From: Epithemia pelagica
Lineage: Eukaryota > Protista > Bacillariophyta
Direction: 5' to 3'
DNA length: 64,000 nt
Assembly: GCA_946965045.2 (NCBI GenBank)
Contig: OX337241.1
Span: 744,001-808,000, forward strand
In this document: one piece after another, positions 10,395 to 21,815 of the stretch
Layout of the letters: each line of letters begins with the position of its first letter
Position numbering within the stretch: position 1 is the stretch's first letter
Notes under the pieces: generated by a model
What the model was told of the DNA's origin: nothing
Seen by the model: only the letters and a program-made list of their open reading frames with translations
Database searches by the model: none
Program-made: the position numbers and the translations under genes

Positions 10395-10918
10395 GGAAGT
10401 TGTTGTTGTCAAGATCAATTGGCGGTCAGAGGCAGCTTGTGGCTGGTGATGCTATGGATGGAAAGGAATGTGGCTGATTGTTGAACAAGATAAAGGTACG
10501 ATCTTTGGAGGTGCAGCGATCATGTGTTTCATTTCTCATCTGTTTGTTCTTGTGAAACAAATTGTCAGAGGGTCAGTGGGTATCTTGTCGTCAGTTACTG
10601 TGGAAAAACAGGGTGATTGTTGCAATAGGACTATTAACTGACAAAGTGTCGGTAAATGATATAATATTCGTAGGATAAGGAGTGAATTGGGATAAGAACG
10701 GAGGCCAGACAATGATGAAGAATATCAGTAGGTAATATATTCCCGTGACGGGAATATGTAGAATTAATTTAAAAAATATATTCATGTGGAAAAATATGGG
10801 GAATTAATATGAAGAATATATTACGTGTATGGTGGTAAAGGGTAATTCATTTGAAGACAGAACTGATGGGTAATTAAATTACCAAAATGTATCAGATCAT
10901 TTGAAATATGAATAAGTA

Positions 10919-10940
10919 ACTTCACAACCCTGCTAGATAT
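10919..10940 (-). repeat. Right TIR (10919-10932) plus TSD (CTAGATAT, 10933-10940) of hAT copy 2
   Basis: ACTTCACAACCCTG followed by CTAGATAT. Confidence 0.95.
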
Positions 10941-11254
10941 GTGTCATATATGGGTGCAATGGGGTATCAAATAATGTTGATAGAGGATGTCTTGGAGAAG
11001 AACTTTGAGCATCCACACGTTGCCGTAGGCCTAATATTGATCATGTTCTATCTAGTTGAAACTATGTGCCCAAAGGGTCTTTCTAGGCCGAAATGGGCAC
11101 AACCCGAGACGAGGCACTAGTAGACTCGTACAGCAGCGAGTACAGAAAATAGAAAATAGAAAATACTCGTCTTTTGATAGAACAATGGAGAATTGATGGC
11201 GAACAGATTCCAGGCTCAAGACGCCATCAACCACAAAGACTTACCAGAAAAACA

Positions 11255-11336
11255 ACACCCCGGAAACCGGGAATAGAAGAGTTGAGGGAAATTGACATCG
11301 GCAGTTGCATCTTATCCACGACATGCAGTCTATAAA
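11255..11336. repeat. 82-bp inverted repeat, right arm (partner 4004-4085)
   Basis: Exact reverse complement of 4004-4085; ends 4 bp before the ATG at 11341. Confidence 0.95.
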
Positions 11337-11340
11337 ACAA

Positions 11341-12014
11341 ATGAACGCATCAGCAATTTCGCTGTTAGAACAGGGGCAGTTGGACGCGTCCTTATCCATA
11401 TTTTACAGTGCTTTGGAAATGGCTCGCAATTGCTGTTGTAACGATCTTACCGACGGAAACAAAACGGATGGTCGTCCTTACACGGTTAGCGCTGTTCGAT
11501 TATCCGACAACAAAAATCTGAGTCCACTGATACAGCGAGCTGGAGATGCATTTCTCTCGAACGACTTTGACATATTTCAAAGAGTCTTTGTGCTAACAAG
11601 GCATGGAGACGAGGAGTGTCAACAGGTGGATGACGTAGAGGTTCTCGTTCTGCTATACAATTTTGCCTTTACGCTGCACATGACAGGAATCATTAGCAAG
11701 GATGCAATTCGAAGAGAACGGGCATTCCGGAAGGCTCTTCATGTATACAAGATGACCAACGCGTGTGCGAGATCAATAAGGAAGATTATCCAGAGTTTTG
11801 CACATTGCTGCTGGCCCTCGCCACGAATCAAGGGTATATACACTCTTTTTTCTACCACCAAGAAGACGTACAAATACTGCACGAAAAAATTGTGAGCTTT
11901 CTCACCCTGACTAATGAAGCAGCAATGGCCCTGCTTGGACAAGATTATTATTTCTTTGAAGGTGTTGCAGTGTGTAGTGGCTTTGCCAAGACGAAACTGC
12001 CACCAGTGGCCTAG
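11341..12014 (+). pseudogene. Diatom-type hypothetical protein, apparently frameshifted near 11763
   Basis: MNASAISLLEQG..LYNFAFTLHMTG in one frame continues as ..LLLALATNQGYIH in the next frame. Removing 2 nt from GCGTGTGCG joins them. Family resemblance is from memory of diatom expanded proteins. Confidence 0.5.
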
Positions 12015-13580
12015 CTACCCACCTCATGAACAGTCACAAGTTTCCAACGCTGTGGAATTCGTCGTGTTGCATGTTTCACTTTTTTGATGTATGACTAGAA
12101 ATGACGGCAGCTTCATGTTGTATGCTTTTTGGAAGGCGAGAAAGATATCCGAAGCATCGGGTGCATGGTCTGCAAACAATCACGCTAGCTAAATAAGTAA
12201 TTTAACCCTCATTCATAATCCTAAAGCCATTGAAACATATTCCATTTGGATCATAGATTATCTCAGTCTTCCATACCTATAAAGCTCACACGAAATGTTG
12301 CATGAAGAAGTTTGGGCCGAGACTAGCAGCTGCCGTACATTTGGTCAAGTGCGGTTTACAATCTTGTTCCCTTAACACGACAGTGCCAAGCTGGCGCTAC
12401 CAAAATATTGCACTGGGTTTGCGTTGTACGAGGCAGAGCGAGTAGTAGTGACTCCAGAACCATATTACGAGCAAGTGCTGTGACCAGCCCTTCGCAAATA
12501 ATCAATGAACCAGATTTACGATCCCTCCGTTGTCATATGGACTGTTTCCTTTGATATCTTTCCATTTACTCTGTGTTGTTGATGACTTGTTGCTTGCTGT
12601 GTTTGTCAATTGTGAAGAGAGAAGAGCCAATACCCACATAATCTCAACCTTTGTCGTCAGTCGTCCACAGCGACGACGCTTGCCCCGGTCGCGGAGACCA
12701 CGCGGCGTATTTTGAGTCATTCGTTTTGTCTCCTCAATTGCATTTACCGAAGCCCTCCACACTGCCTACACGAACAAGTTTCTACATGTTCACCTTTCCA
12801 ATTAGACACCACCGTCCAGACGAACGATGGACGAAGACCAGAAGTTGCTCCGGTGCCTAATGATCTGTGGCCTCTCCATCTTGCTATCGTAGATGTACCA
12901 CAGAACGGACGTCCCTGTAAGTCACATTTTGGATCATCATTCACCCCTATCAAGATTGCTGTCCGTCACCATTCAACACACGTTGCGTGGCAAGGGCTAT
13001 CAACAAAGTTTCCAACGATCTGGTTGCTCGAGGCCAAGCCGATAGCTTGGCAATCATTCAAGAGAGATCGTTGAATGTTTCTTGACCTATTGTGTCATAA
13101 TTAGGTGGACACAAACAAACAATGCCCAAAAAATCGTCATCGACAGGTGTTAGACGTCAATTCACCACAAACAACAACTTGGTACATCACAACAATTCAA
13201 ATACATACATATCATGAAGGAAAATGAAACTGGAGGATGATCCAAACTATCAGGAACAAGACACCAAACTTTTGTTTTCCAGGGATCTTGTCCTCTGATG
13301 GATGGTGAACAGCGTTTGCAATATCACCACGCCATTGTCATTCATGAGAGACCAATGTCAGATTCTCACCAAATAACTGGAGAAGCAAGTACCAATCCAT
13401 TATTCACAGTGATGAATAAGAAGGTGAGAAGAAAGCGCTTCAGAAATCCCTACAACCGCCGCAATCGCACCATCGTCGACTTGTGGGATCTTGTAGCTGA
13501 AAGATACCTCGAGCGGCGTACAGACGACCGGACTTTGCAGAGAGTTCAAACCAACCAGAAAAAACTCTGCGGTCGTGACA

Positions 13581-14648
13581 ATGATGATGCAAGACCATCT
13601 GCAATCACAAAACTTCAACTTGGTCGTTCCCGGCCAATTGATTGCTGTGAGTCGAAAAGGAGACGAAGAATCATCCTTTCTACGTGGTCATGGCACATAT
13701 ATTGACGAAGACGAGAGCTCGACGAAACATCATGGCGATGGTGAACTTCACCTGCGTGCTTCTGTAACAGGGACAGTCCAACGGGTGAACAAGTTAATAT
13801 CGGTGATTCCCTTGGCAGTTCATCGCTACGATGGTAATGTGGGTGATTTGGTGGTGGGTCGGATCGTCTCTGTGGGATTGAATCGTTGGAAGGTCCAATT
13901 GTTGGCACATCAACCAGCCGCCGTGTTGCCCTTATCTGGTGTCCACCTACCTGGTGGTGTTCAGCGTATGCGAACACAGCAAGATGCTCGCGAAATGCGA
14001 CAGTATTTGACGGAAGGTGATATCGTATCGGCTGAAGTCCACAAATCCTTGTCGAACAAGGATGGGGCGTCAATGCAATTACATACTCGATCGACTCGGT
14101 ATGGGAAATTGGAAAATGGATGTTGGATCCAAGTTCCACCAGGTCGCATCCCAAGGAGAAAGCACCATTATGTCAACAATTTCCTACAAGGAAAATTCGA
14201 TATTCTTCTAGGGTGCAATGGATGGATCTGGATGCAACGAGCAACTCAGAAATCGTCACCTACGAATGCGCCCAGCACTGTACAGGACACGGAGACAAAA
14301 GGGGATGGAACAGAAGAACGAGGAGATGCAGCGAATGCGATCTCGGGACCCGAACTGGCTGAATTACATGAAGCTCAAAGGGCACTACATGCCGCATCGC
14401 CCTACAGTCAGGACGAACGCCTGGCCTTGGCGAGGTTGCGCAATGTCGTAGAATCACTGCGCTATGGAGGGTCTGTACCAATCACGGTAGAATCCCTGGA
14501 ACAAGCATACCAGTTCTCCTTGGACCAAAATTGGAAACCCACCGATTTGTTGCTTCCTCAAAATGTTGTAATCTTGACCACCCACCTGTGTCGCAAAACC
14601 ACATACTACCCTCAACACCAACAGTCACTACCGACAACAGCGCATTGA
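13581..14648 (+). CDS. RRP4: Exosome complex component RRP4 (EXOSC2)
   Basis: VVPG..FLRGHGTY, ASVTGTVQRVNKLISV, S1 domain GDLVVGRI..RWKV, LPGGVQR, GDIVSAEV, LHTRSTRYGKL, KH domain GCNGWIW. Confidence 0.93.
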   Translation: MMMQDHLQSQNFNLVVPGQLIAVSRKGDEESSFLRGHGTYIDEDESSTKHHGDGELHLRASVTGTVQRVNKLISVIPLAVHRYDGNVGDLVVGRIVSVGLNRWKVQLLAHQPAAVLPLSGVHLPGGVQRMRTQQDAREMRQYLTEGDIVSAEVHKSLSNKDGASMQLHTRSTRYGKLENGCWIQVPPGRIPRRKHHYVNNFLQGKFDILLGCNGWIWMQRATQKSSPTNAPSTVQDTETKGDGTEERGDAANAISGPELAELHEAQRALHAASPYSQDERLALARLRNVVESLRYGGSVPITVESLEQAYQFSLDQNWKPTDLLLPQNVVILTTHLCRKTTYYPQHQQSLPTTAH

Positions 14649-15212
14649 CAGAAGCGTAGATGATTTGGAAGAACGAAAATTACACATTGCGAACAACAAT
14701 AATCAATGCCGTTTGGAACTTTTCAAGATGTCTGCAAGATGTTCAAACATACCCCGATTCCTCCCAACGATTGCTGGTTTTGAATGACTCTGATTCCATC
14801 ATCACATGTTTTGTTTGATCTTGATCAGATGAAGAGAATATGCCGTGGTCATACCCTTTGATTTGGTTTTCGAACTGCCAAACACGAAGTTGACTCTTGT
14901 GTGAACACTAGAGGAGTACCGTTAGCTGTGCTGGCCGCCATGGTAGCTACGTCATGTTCAAAATTCAAAACCTGGCTCTTCTTGGGTCTTGGGGGAAGAC
15001 GGGAAGACCGCGTTGTACACTAAATCCTATAGTGACATCCGTGTGACTGTTTGAAAGATCCGGTACCACATCACGAACTGGCAGCCTACACGTCCAAGTC
15101 CAACGCAACCAAGGCCCAATTCCATTCGGTTCTGTTCTCTTGTCATTCAGTTGCATCATCCGTAGCATCAAAAAGCCTGAGCCCTTTTTCGCGTCTGGTT
15201 CACTATCAAGCC

Positions 15213-16481
15213 ATGAGGCGCTCAAACTCAACTGAAATGAGGCAACATACACAAAGTACGTTTAGTTTTACCATGGAAGACGGTGGTGGGTGCTCTTGTC
15301 CGCCGGAGGGCAAAGTTCGCCAACGACATCATACTGGCGACGCTACTTCTGGTTCGTCTTTTTTCTCATGGAGTTGGTTCTCGCTCCCTGGCGTTCGCGG
15401 ATCACCGAGACATGCACAATCCCAAGGATCTGATAATGAGGTCGAGGGAAATGACATATATCCTTTGATTACCAAAACAAAAAATCTTGACTATGAATAT
15501 ACATCCCAGAGTAGTGACAGCGCAGATTCGTTCGATTCGGTATCCTTTGATTTGGAAAACCAAAGACCCCAGACGTTTCCTGACAAAGTGAAGAGACCAA
15601 CGCGCCCCTTGGGAAAATTGCGAGAATCAATTAAAGAGAAATCAAAGCCACTTGACGTGAACGAATACGCTGCCTGTCGTGAAATGACCAAGACTCAAGA
15701 ACTTTGGAACGCCGTATCTATGGTTCCACCTACTGTCTATTGTTTCGTCTACATGTGCACCACCGCCTGGTGGATCAATGCTGACTTATTGGCCAAGGCT
15801 GAAGAAGACTATGTCTCAGATCCCCAGAATTTTATTGCTCAAGTGTCTGGCCAAACTACAGAGAACGCGACCTGGGGCAACTTCAGAGCAGCGCAGTTTA
15901 GTCCTGGGTGTTTGCACTCTGATGTGTTACCGGCGCTTCCTCCCCTGACCGTTTTGGCTGTTATTGCTGGAACGGCATTGCACATGCCTTGTTCCTTTCT
16001 CTATCATTGGAAATATTCCCACACATTGGACCGTATTGCCAGGTTGAATCACTGGAGTCGACGACTGGATCATGCAATGATTCATTTGTGCTCGGCCTTG
16101 TATGCTTATGGGTCGTCTGGGAGTCTCGATTTTTTCCTCGCATCTGCTCTGTTCAATCTTCATTGCATGTACCGTCATTTCTTTCTTCCTCACTCTCGAC
16201 CTCGAAGCAACCAGCTTCGCGTCGCGATTGCGATTATCGCCTACTCCTTACCAATCCTCCGACGAGGAGATGTATGGATATTTGTTCTCTTTTGGGCCAT
16301 TGTTGGCTTTGGTCTATGGCTTTTTTCACAATATCCCATTGGAGGATGGTCCCATTGCGCCTTTCACCTGGTGATTGGTTGTGTCCCTGTGCTCCTACTG
16401 GAAGTGGCAAAGGCATTACCTGTGGCACAGCCTGAGCTTATGCTAGCGGCACAGTGCTCTGTTCTGAACCAGCACTCATAG
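15213..16481 (+). CDS. Multi-pass membrane protein, PAQR/haemolysin-III (CREST)-like; start uncertain
   Basis: SFLYH..RRLDHAMIH..HCAFHLV metal-binding pattern in a hydrophobic C-terminal half. Confidence 0.65.
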   Translation: MRRSNSTEMRQHTQSTFSFTMEDGGGCSCPPEGKVRQRHHTGDATSGSSFFSWSWFSLPGVRGSPRHAQSQGSDNEVEGNDIYPLITKTKNLDYEYTSQSSDSADSFDSVSFDLENQRPQTFPDKVKRPTRPLGKLRESIKEKSKPLDVNEYAACREMTKTQELWNAVSMVPPTVYCFVYMCTTAWWINADLLAKAEEDYVSDPQNFIAQVSGQTTENATWGNFRAAQFSPGCLHSDVLPALPPLTVLAVIAGTALHMPCSFLYHWKYSHTLDRIARLNHWSRRLDHAMIHLCSALYAYGSSGSLDFFLASALFNLHCMYRHFFLPHSRPRSNQLRVAIAIIAYSLPILRRGDVWIFVLFWAIVGFGLWLFSQYPIGGWSHCAFHLVIGCVPVLLLEVAKALPVAQPELMLAAQCSVLNQHS

Positions 16482-17359
16482 GACACAAACCGCAAAACGA
16501 ACCTTCAGCGTAGAGATTGCAAACTTCTGTCCATATGACACTCAGAATTCTGTTGGTGCCTCCACTTCAACAATATTAGCTTTTAGTATAGAGTGGTTCT
16601 TAACATGGTATATCTCCGCTTACCCTTTCATGGGCGTACATCCCTGACTTCCTGGGATTGTTGGATGATTCCTACGCCTACCTATCTAGTAGGAACGCGG
16701 ACGAAAGGATACCTATTCCCGCGAGTATCTATTCCTGCGTGTATCTCCCCCGCAAGATTGTCGGGTAGCCCGCGAGAAGACGGAGACTCCATGCCGAAAG
16801 TGACAGATGTTGTTGTTGACGTTTGACGCTTGACAGCAACCAGCGCTTGAACGAACGTAAGTTGCAGATTGCAGTTGCGAAAGGTGTCCGGGTGCGGGAT
16901 AGCAATTCCCGACCAATCACCTGCCATGGCGGGTATGGTTTAACGGGAATCCGAACCCTCATAGTCATCGTGATTGGTCCGTGCGTGTCCGCGCCGGTAT
17001 CGTTCTTCATGCTCGCCTCAACTTTCGATAAAAGCAGGGCAGGCGGCAAACCCACATGCTACCTTCTGCCTTGCGTTCGTGTGATGCACAGACAGACTCG
17101 CCTGTCATCGGTCCGGATTTGCAGCTTTTCTGCGTATGCTGATTTGTGCGGTTCAGAAAGATTTGCACTTTTGTATGGAGGGTACACGCGGTACGGATTT
17201 ATTGGTCCAGAATTCTCTTCCAGCAAAAAGTTGGGAAGAAAATTTTGTTCTTACCTCACTCTACTGAAATTTTTGTGGCTCGGTGATGGTGGTGACCGCC
17301 ATCGTCCACTACAACGTTGTTGAAAGTTATAGGACCGCCATTCATTGATCTCATCAATT

Positions 17360-18537
17360 ATGTTTCGTTTTCATGCTTCATGTGGTGTTGTGGCAAGAGA
17401 ATGGAAAGGCGTTGTAATTGGAGGTATACGAACGGAGCGATCAAGAATAGTGACTTCACGGTACCTCCGACAATCTGCGGCCACCACAGCCATCCGTTTT
17501 TATCACAGAACCAACAACAGGGACCACCGACCGGTATTACAGGATCTCAGTGATACTGAGATCGTATGCATATGGAATAATGGAACAGTGTGTATGATGG
17601 GTGATGATATGATAAGTCAGGGACCATTGATTGTTGAACGCCTTCGAAAAATCCTACCAAAAAATAAAGAGGTGAGTGTGATCTCTGCGTATCTTTTGTG
17701 TCAGTGCTGCCTTGACCTCTCATTTCTGACATGGGAATATGTGAAAAGGTGCAAGAAGAGACAGTAATTGGCTTCGCCGGAACTACAGCAGCAGCATTGA
17801 GTCTCTTGAATAGATTAGAATTTTATCTCGGTGAGAATTCTGGTCGGATAGATCGATCTTGTGTACGACTAGCTAGAAGATGGCGGACAGAGAAAGATTT
17901 ACGGTATCTGCACGCTGCTATCATTGTGGCGAACAAGAATTTGTCGCTAGATGTAAATGTGAAAGGAGACATTGTGGAACAGTACGATGGAATAATTGGT
18001 GTTGGAAGAGGGCCCTATGCTATTGGTAAGCATCCACAAACTTGACTCAGACAGTTGATAGATTTGAGACGTTCTTACACTCTGTGTGTACCGCTGTTCC
18101 TACACGGACTTTGTGTCCTGTCTTCAGCCATTGCAAAAGTTTTGATGGACAGCCCTGAATTGAGCTCCGTAGATTTGGATGTTGCACGGAAATCGATGGA
18201 TGTTGCGACAGACCTCTGCGTCCATCCTCAGCACGATTTTCGATTTGGTTTTCTTGACTCCTTGGAGGGGCAAGACGGAAAATTGAGTGCCCTCTCCGAT
18301 TCTGTCGGGAGACAAGCGACTGAAGTTGAGTATAAAAGTGTTGCCGATGTAATGAAGGAGAAAGAAGAAGAAAGGAAGAAAGGCCTCTCTGACGCAATTA
18401 AGAAGACCGTTGTTGAATCGGTGAAGGAACACAAGCAGGCGGAGAAGGATCTGGAGAAGGATTTATCGGAAACCATGAGATTCACTGGTATGCTCGCGGT
18501 TGGAATATTCGCAGCTGCCTATGTATGGCTCCAATAG
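17360..18537 (+). CDS. Divergent HslV (ClpQ)-like protein with a transit-peptide-like N-terminus and C-terminal coiled coil/TM; join(17360..17671,17749..18025,18128..18537), 332 aa
   Basis: GT-AG introns restore one frame: TEIVCIWNNGTVCMMGD..LRKI..VIGFAGTTAAA..LARRWRTEKDLRYL..IIGVGRGPYAIAIAKVL..ARKSMDVATDLCVH, collinear with HslV. Confidence 0.8.
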
Positions 18538-21110
18538 CCAGCTTGTACAGTTGTTACAAAGAGGCCGGCATACCACCAACAAAGAAGTTGATTGAGAGTA
18601 CTTTGCTTACTGTGATTTCCTCTTTTTTGGAGCTCAATTCCACGCAACAAAGTTTGTGCGACTCGGCCCTATCATATTTTCTATTGTCCTTTACTTATAG
18701 CAGCAGATATCTTGGTGAGGAATCATCAGGCTCCACCGTTGACAGGAAATGGAGGGAGTTACATTGCACGCGTGACGTTGACAGCGCACTGAGAACGATC
18801 AATACTGGGTAGGGCCATCTCGATAAAGAACTCCACTAAATGGGCTTTTACCTCATCCGCTGTTCCATTTCGTTTGGTAGACTTGCGACCAGTACGCTCA
18901 AGCGTGTGTTCCCGAGTCCGGCTATTGTATGTAGTCGAGGCGATTCGAAACCAGATTGCTTTCCCGCCGGGGGCAGTGACCAGTCGCGCATCGTCTTCTC
19001 TGTAGGAAGAGCAGTGGGCAAACTCAAAATGAACGTCTACGAAATGAAGTGGAAAACAGGAAGCTGGAACCATAGTTAACACTGGTATCTGGTCAGATGT
19101 GTTCCGTTCTCATTGGCAACTGAACAAAAACAGTTGATCGTGCTTTGTTTCTCATCAAATTTGCACAAAGACAAAGGGAAGAAAGAAGAAAAAGAGAGGA
19201 AGAAAAATCAAGGACGCGGGACGAAGAATTGTAAGATGGCACAAGTTTGAGGGACGTAGAATCAAGACATGGGGCGATGATTCAAGATGAAGGGAGAAAG
19301 AAGAAATGGAAGAAACGCGTTTTTACAGGGCGGTGTGCGAAGCAGCGAGCAGTGACAAAACGCGAATGGCTAATGATGAAAACATGAAGCAGTTAGCTCT
19401 TTGTCCCTCGGGAAATGGACTCAATGATCGACGAAAGGGACATTTCATAGAATTTTTAGTCAATGGGACTAGGAGCTCGTCTTTTCCATAGGCATTGTGG
19501 TCATAAGCGAAGATGTCAAAGAGGACTGGATACTCGTGGGACAACAGCGGGCGAACTGAGATTATATATGGGAATCAGGGAGCACCAGGCGCAACGAGAG
19601 ATTTGTTCCGCAATCGCTTTTCGCTGGCGACGACTTGGAAAAGAAAGGGTGGTGCCATGTCGTGACTGATCGCCCCCTTTGGAGGAAAGGGTTGTTCTGG
19701 GAAAGAAGATATGGTGATCGGAAGAAATAATATCCATGCAATTTGCGGAAAGTGAATATGAGTCTTCATTGTGTCGGGTGCAGCTCGGCGAACCATTTGG
19801 ACGAAGTCGAACGTGCCGCGAGCCTTGTCACTTGTCACCCGTGGAACTGGGTCGGAGTACGGCGAATCGATTGGCAACGGTGAGTATACAGCGTATCGAT
19901 GGGAATTGAATGCTTCGATGGGAATTGATTCACATGGCACAAAAGCAAGAGCCTAAATATTTTTCTTCCACAGCAACAAGTAAAATCATTTGAAACATAC
20001 AAGCATCCCCGCGATTTGTTTGAGTTGGAGCATGTCCGTGGTCAAATTTGGCTTTTACTTCAAAGCATCTGCTGAAAAGCAGCACCACAGCGTTTTCATC
20101 CCTGCAATCCGATAGAAAAGAGGATGAACAAGATTCGACAGAGACAACAAGCTTACCACAACTATGTTGGAGTTGGATTAAGCTTGCTGGGTTTTGTCGG
20201 ATCTTTTTCATCACTCCTTTTCTATCACATTGCAGGGATGAATAACTTGAAAGATGACAGGGAATCGGGTGACGGTGTTCCGAAGCTTCGGCTCCAAGTA
20301 CTTGAAGATAACTATGAATTGACTGTTTCGAGTGTTGTGATCTCTACAGTTCAGGAGCTACTTAGTAATATGGCATCCCGTGAAGAAGAATCCGCCAGCT
20401 GCTACCCAAATACACCCTCATCCCCACCAAGCTCAAGCAAAACCTACCAAAACACGAAAGGTGCCCCATATTCGTATTAGATGCCTCCATTGTAAATTTT
20501 ATCGTGGCATTTGATGGGATGACTTTTGAGAAAAGAACCGACAAGAAGAGGAACTGTGTGCTGCCTCAGTCCCCAAAACAACAGCAAGCATCCAACTCCA
20601 GAACCTACTTGTGGACGGTCGTCAATGAAACATGTGTGAATGAATATCGCAAAAATCTGGAGCTACTTGTTTCTATAATCCAAGCAATTCCGTTTCAATA
20701 CTTCTTCCAAACAACAACGGCCAGATGGCTCAAATGGGGCAATAATGGCTTTTCGTGGCCAGCGACACTGTGACAAGAGTATCCATTGGATTCGCAGACT
20801 TGTCATGAATACAACCAGATTGCTTGGCAAATGATGCAAGACCATAACATTTCCGTTGCGGATGCCAACTAGTTTACCTTGAGCCGACCTGATCATCGAC
20901 AAACATGCCGAAAATATGCGCAGCAGAAGTTAGTTCATATTGGTTTGGATCATGTCTTGTTGTATGGCTCAGCTTGGTGATCTTGTGGGACAAACTCATT
21001 GAGCTCCAGCAGGAATGAAGCAAAGGAATGCAGCTCAACTCCACTTCACGTGGATCCTAAAAGCTAGTTAGAAAGATACTGTATCAAAATTTGGTCTGAA
21101 TTATTTGATG

Positions 21111-21815
21111 TCAAGATGCCTCTAGTTGTGCTCGTGCCAAATGCTGTGAAAACAACCGTGCAGGTCGACTGAGCGATAAACTTGATCTGTGCACCTCATC
21201 TGCCAGACATGTCGTCTTGTTTACGCCCTCGCCACCTCGGTCGTCATCATGCGTGTCATGTTTTGGGTGAGTATTTTCCAGAAGGGTGAGCAGATGTGCA
21301 CGTTTACGGTGCATATCTCTCCTTATCTCTCGTGCAATGCGGTTTTCCAAACCAACTCGTAGAAATCCACCTGTTTGCTGGAACAAACCAAGCAGTTGCT
21401 TTTCCTCCTCCTCAGTAAGTGCATCTCTTGGATCACTACTTTCATGGTCCATTTCGCAACAGGACTTGTATATTCGGTCAAGCACGTTAAGGAACGAGTT
21501 GGGGTTGGTCTTGCTTGACATTGTCTCACCAAACAAGATCGTTTTCACCAAAGCATCTGTCGAATTACGAAAACGTTCGTAGTCTTTCGCATGAAGCCAT
21601 GTTTCGCTGCATTCATCCTGACATCGAAGTATATCTGGGAAAATGCAGTTATGTTCTTCGTTTATTGTCACTCTGCGATGACGTCGACCAAGTCGGAGGG
21701 TTCTCAGTTCCTCCTGATCATCATCGCTTTCCCGATGGGACTCAAAATTGTCCGTTCGATCAATATGAGAAAGCATTGGACTTTTATCACAGAGTTCCTT
21801 GACATGTATCGCCAT
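21111..21815 (-). CDS. Hypothetical protein, diatom-type family (234 aa)
   Basis: Open 234-aa frame with an RRVTI..TW..DYERF..GLE..SLSRPARLF..LA pattern typical of an expanded diatom family (recognised from memory). Confidence 0.65.
   Translation of the reverse strand: MAIHVKELCDKSPMLSHIDRTDNFESHRESDDDQEELRTLRLGRRHRRVTINEEHNCIFPDILRCQDECSETWLHAKDYERFRNSTDALVKTILFGETMSSKTNPNSFLNVLDRIYKSCCEMDHESSDPRDALTEEEEKQLLGLFQQTGGFLRVGLENRIAREIRRDMHRKRAHLLTLLENTHPKHDTHDDDRGGEGVNKTTCLADEVHRSSLSLSRPARLFSQHLARAQLEAS

Larger units (their letters stand above)
4154..10932 (-). mobile_element. Complete 6,779-bp hAT DNA transposon, copy 2, carrying a transposase and a glycosylase cargo gene
   Basis: Perfect 14-bp TIRs, perfect 8-bp TSD CTAGATAT on both sides, AT-rich subterminal regions and hAT transposase motifs. 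Confidence 0.95.

Noticed and set aside
12015-13500. Short ORFs between the transposon nest and RRP4
   Set aside because: No homology cues; treated as intergenic.
18540-21100. Several short overlapping ORFs (e.g. 19575-19940, 19323-19544, 20124-20480)
   Set aside because: No recognisable motifs and no consistent exon chain could be built; left unannotated.
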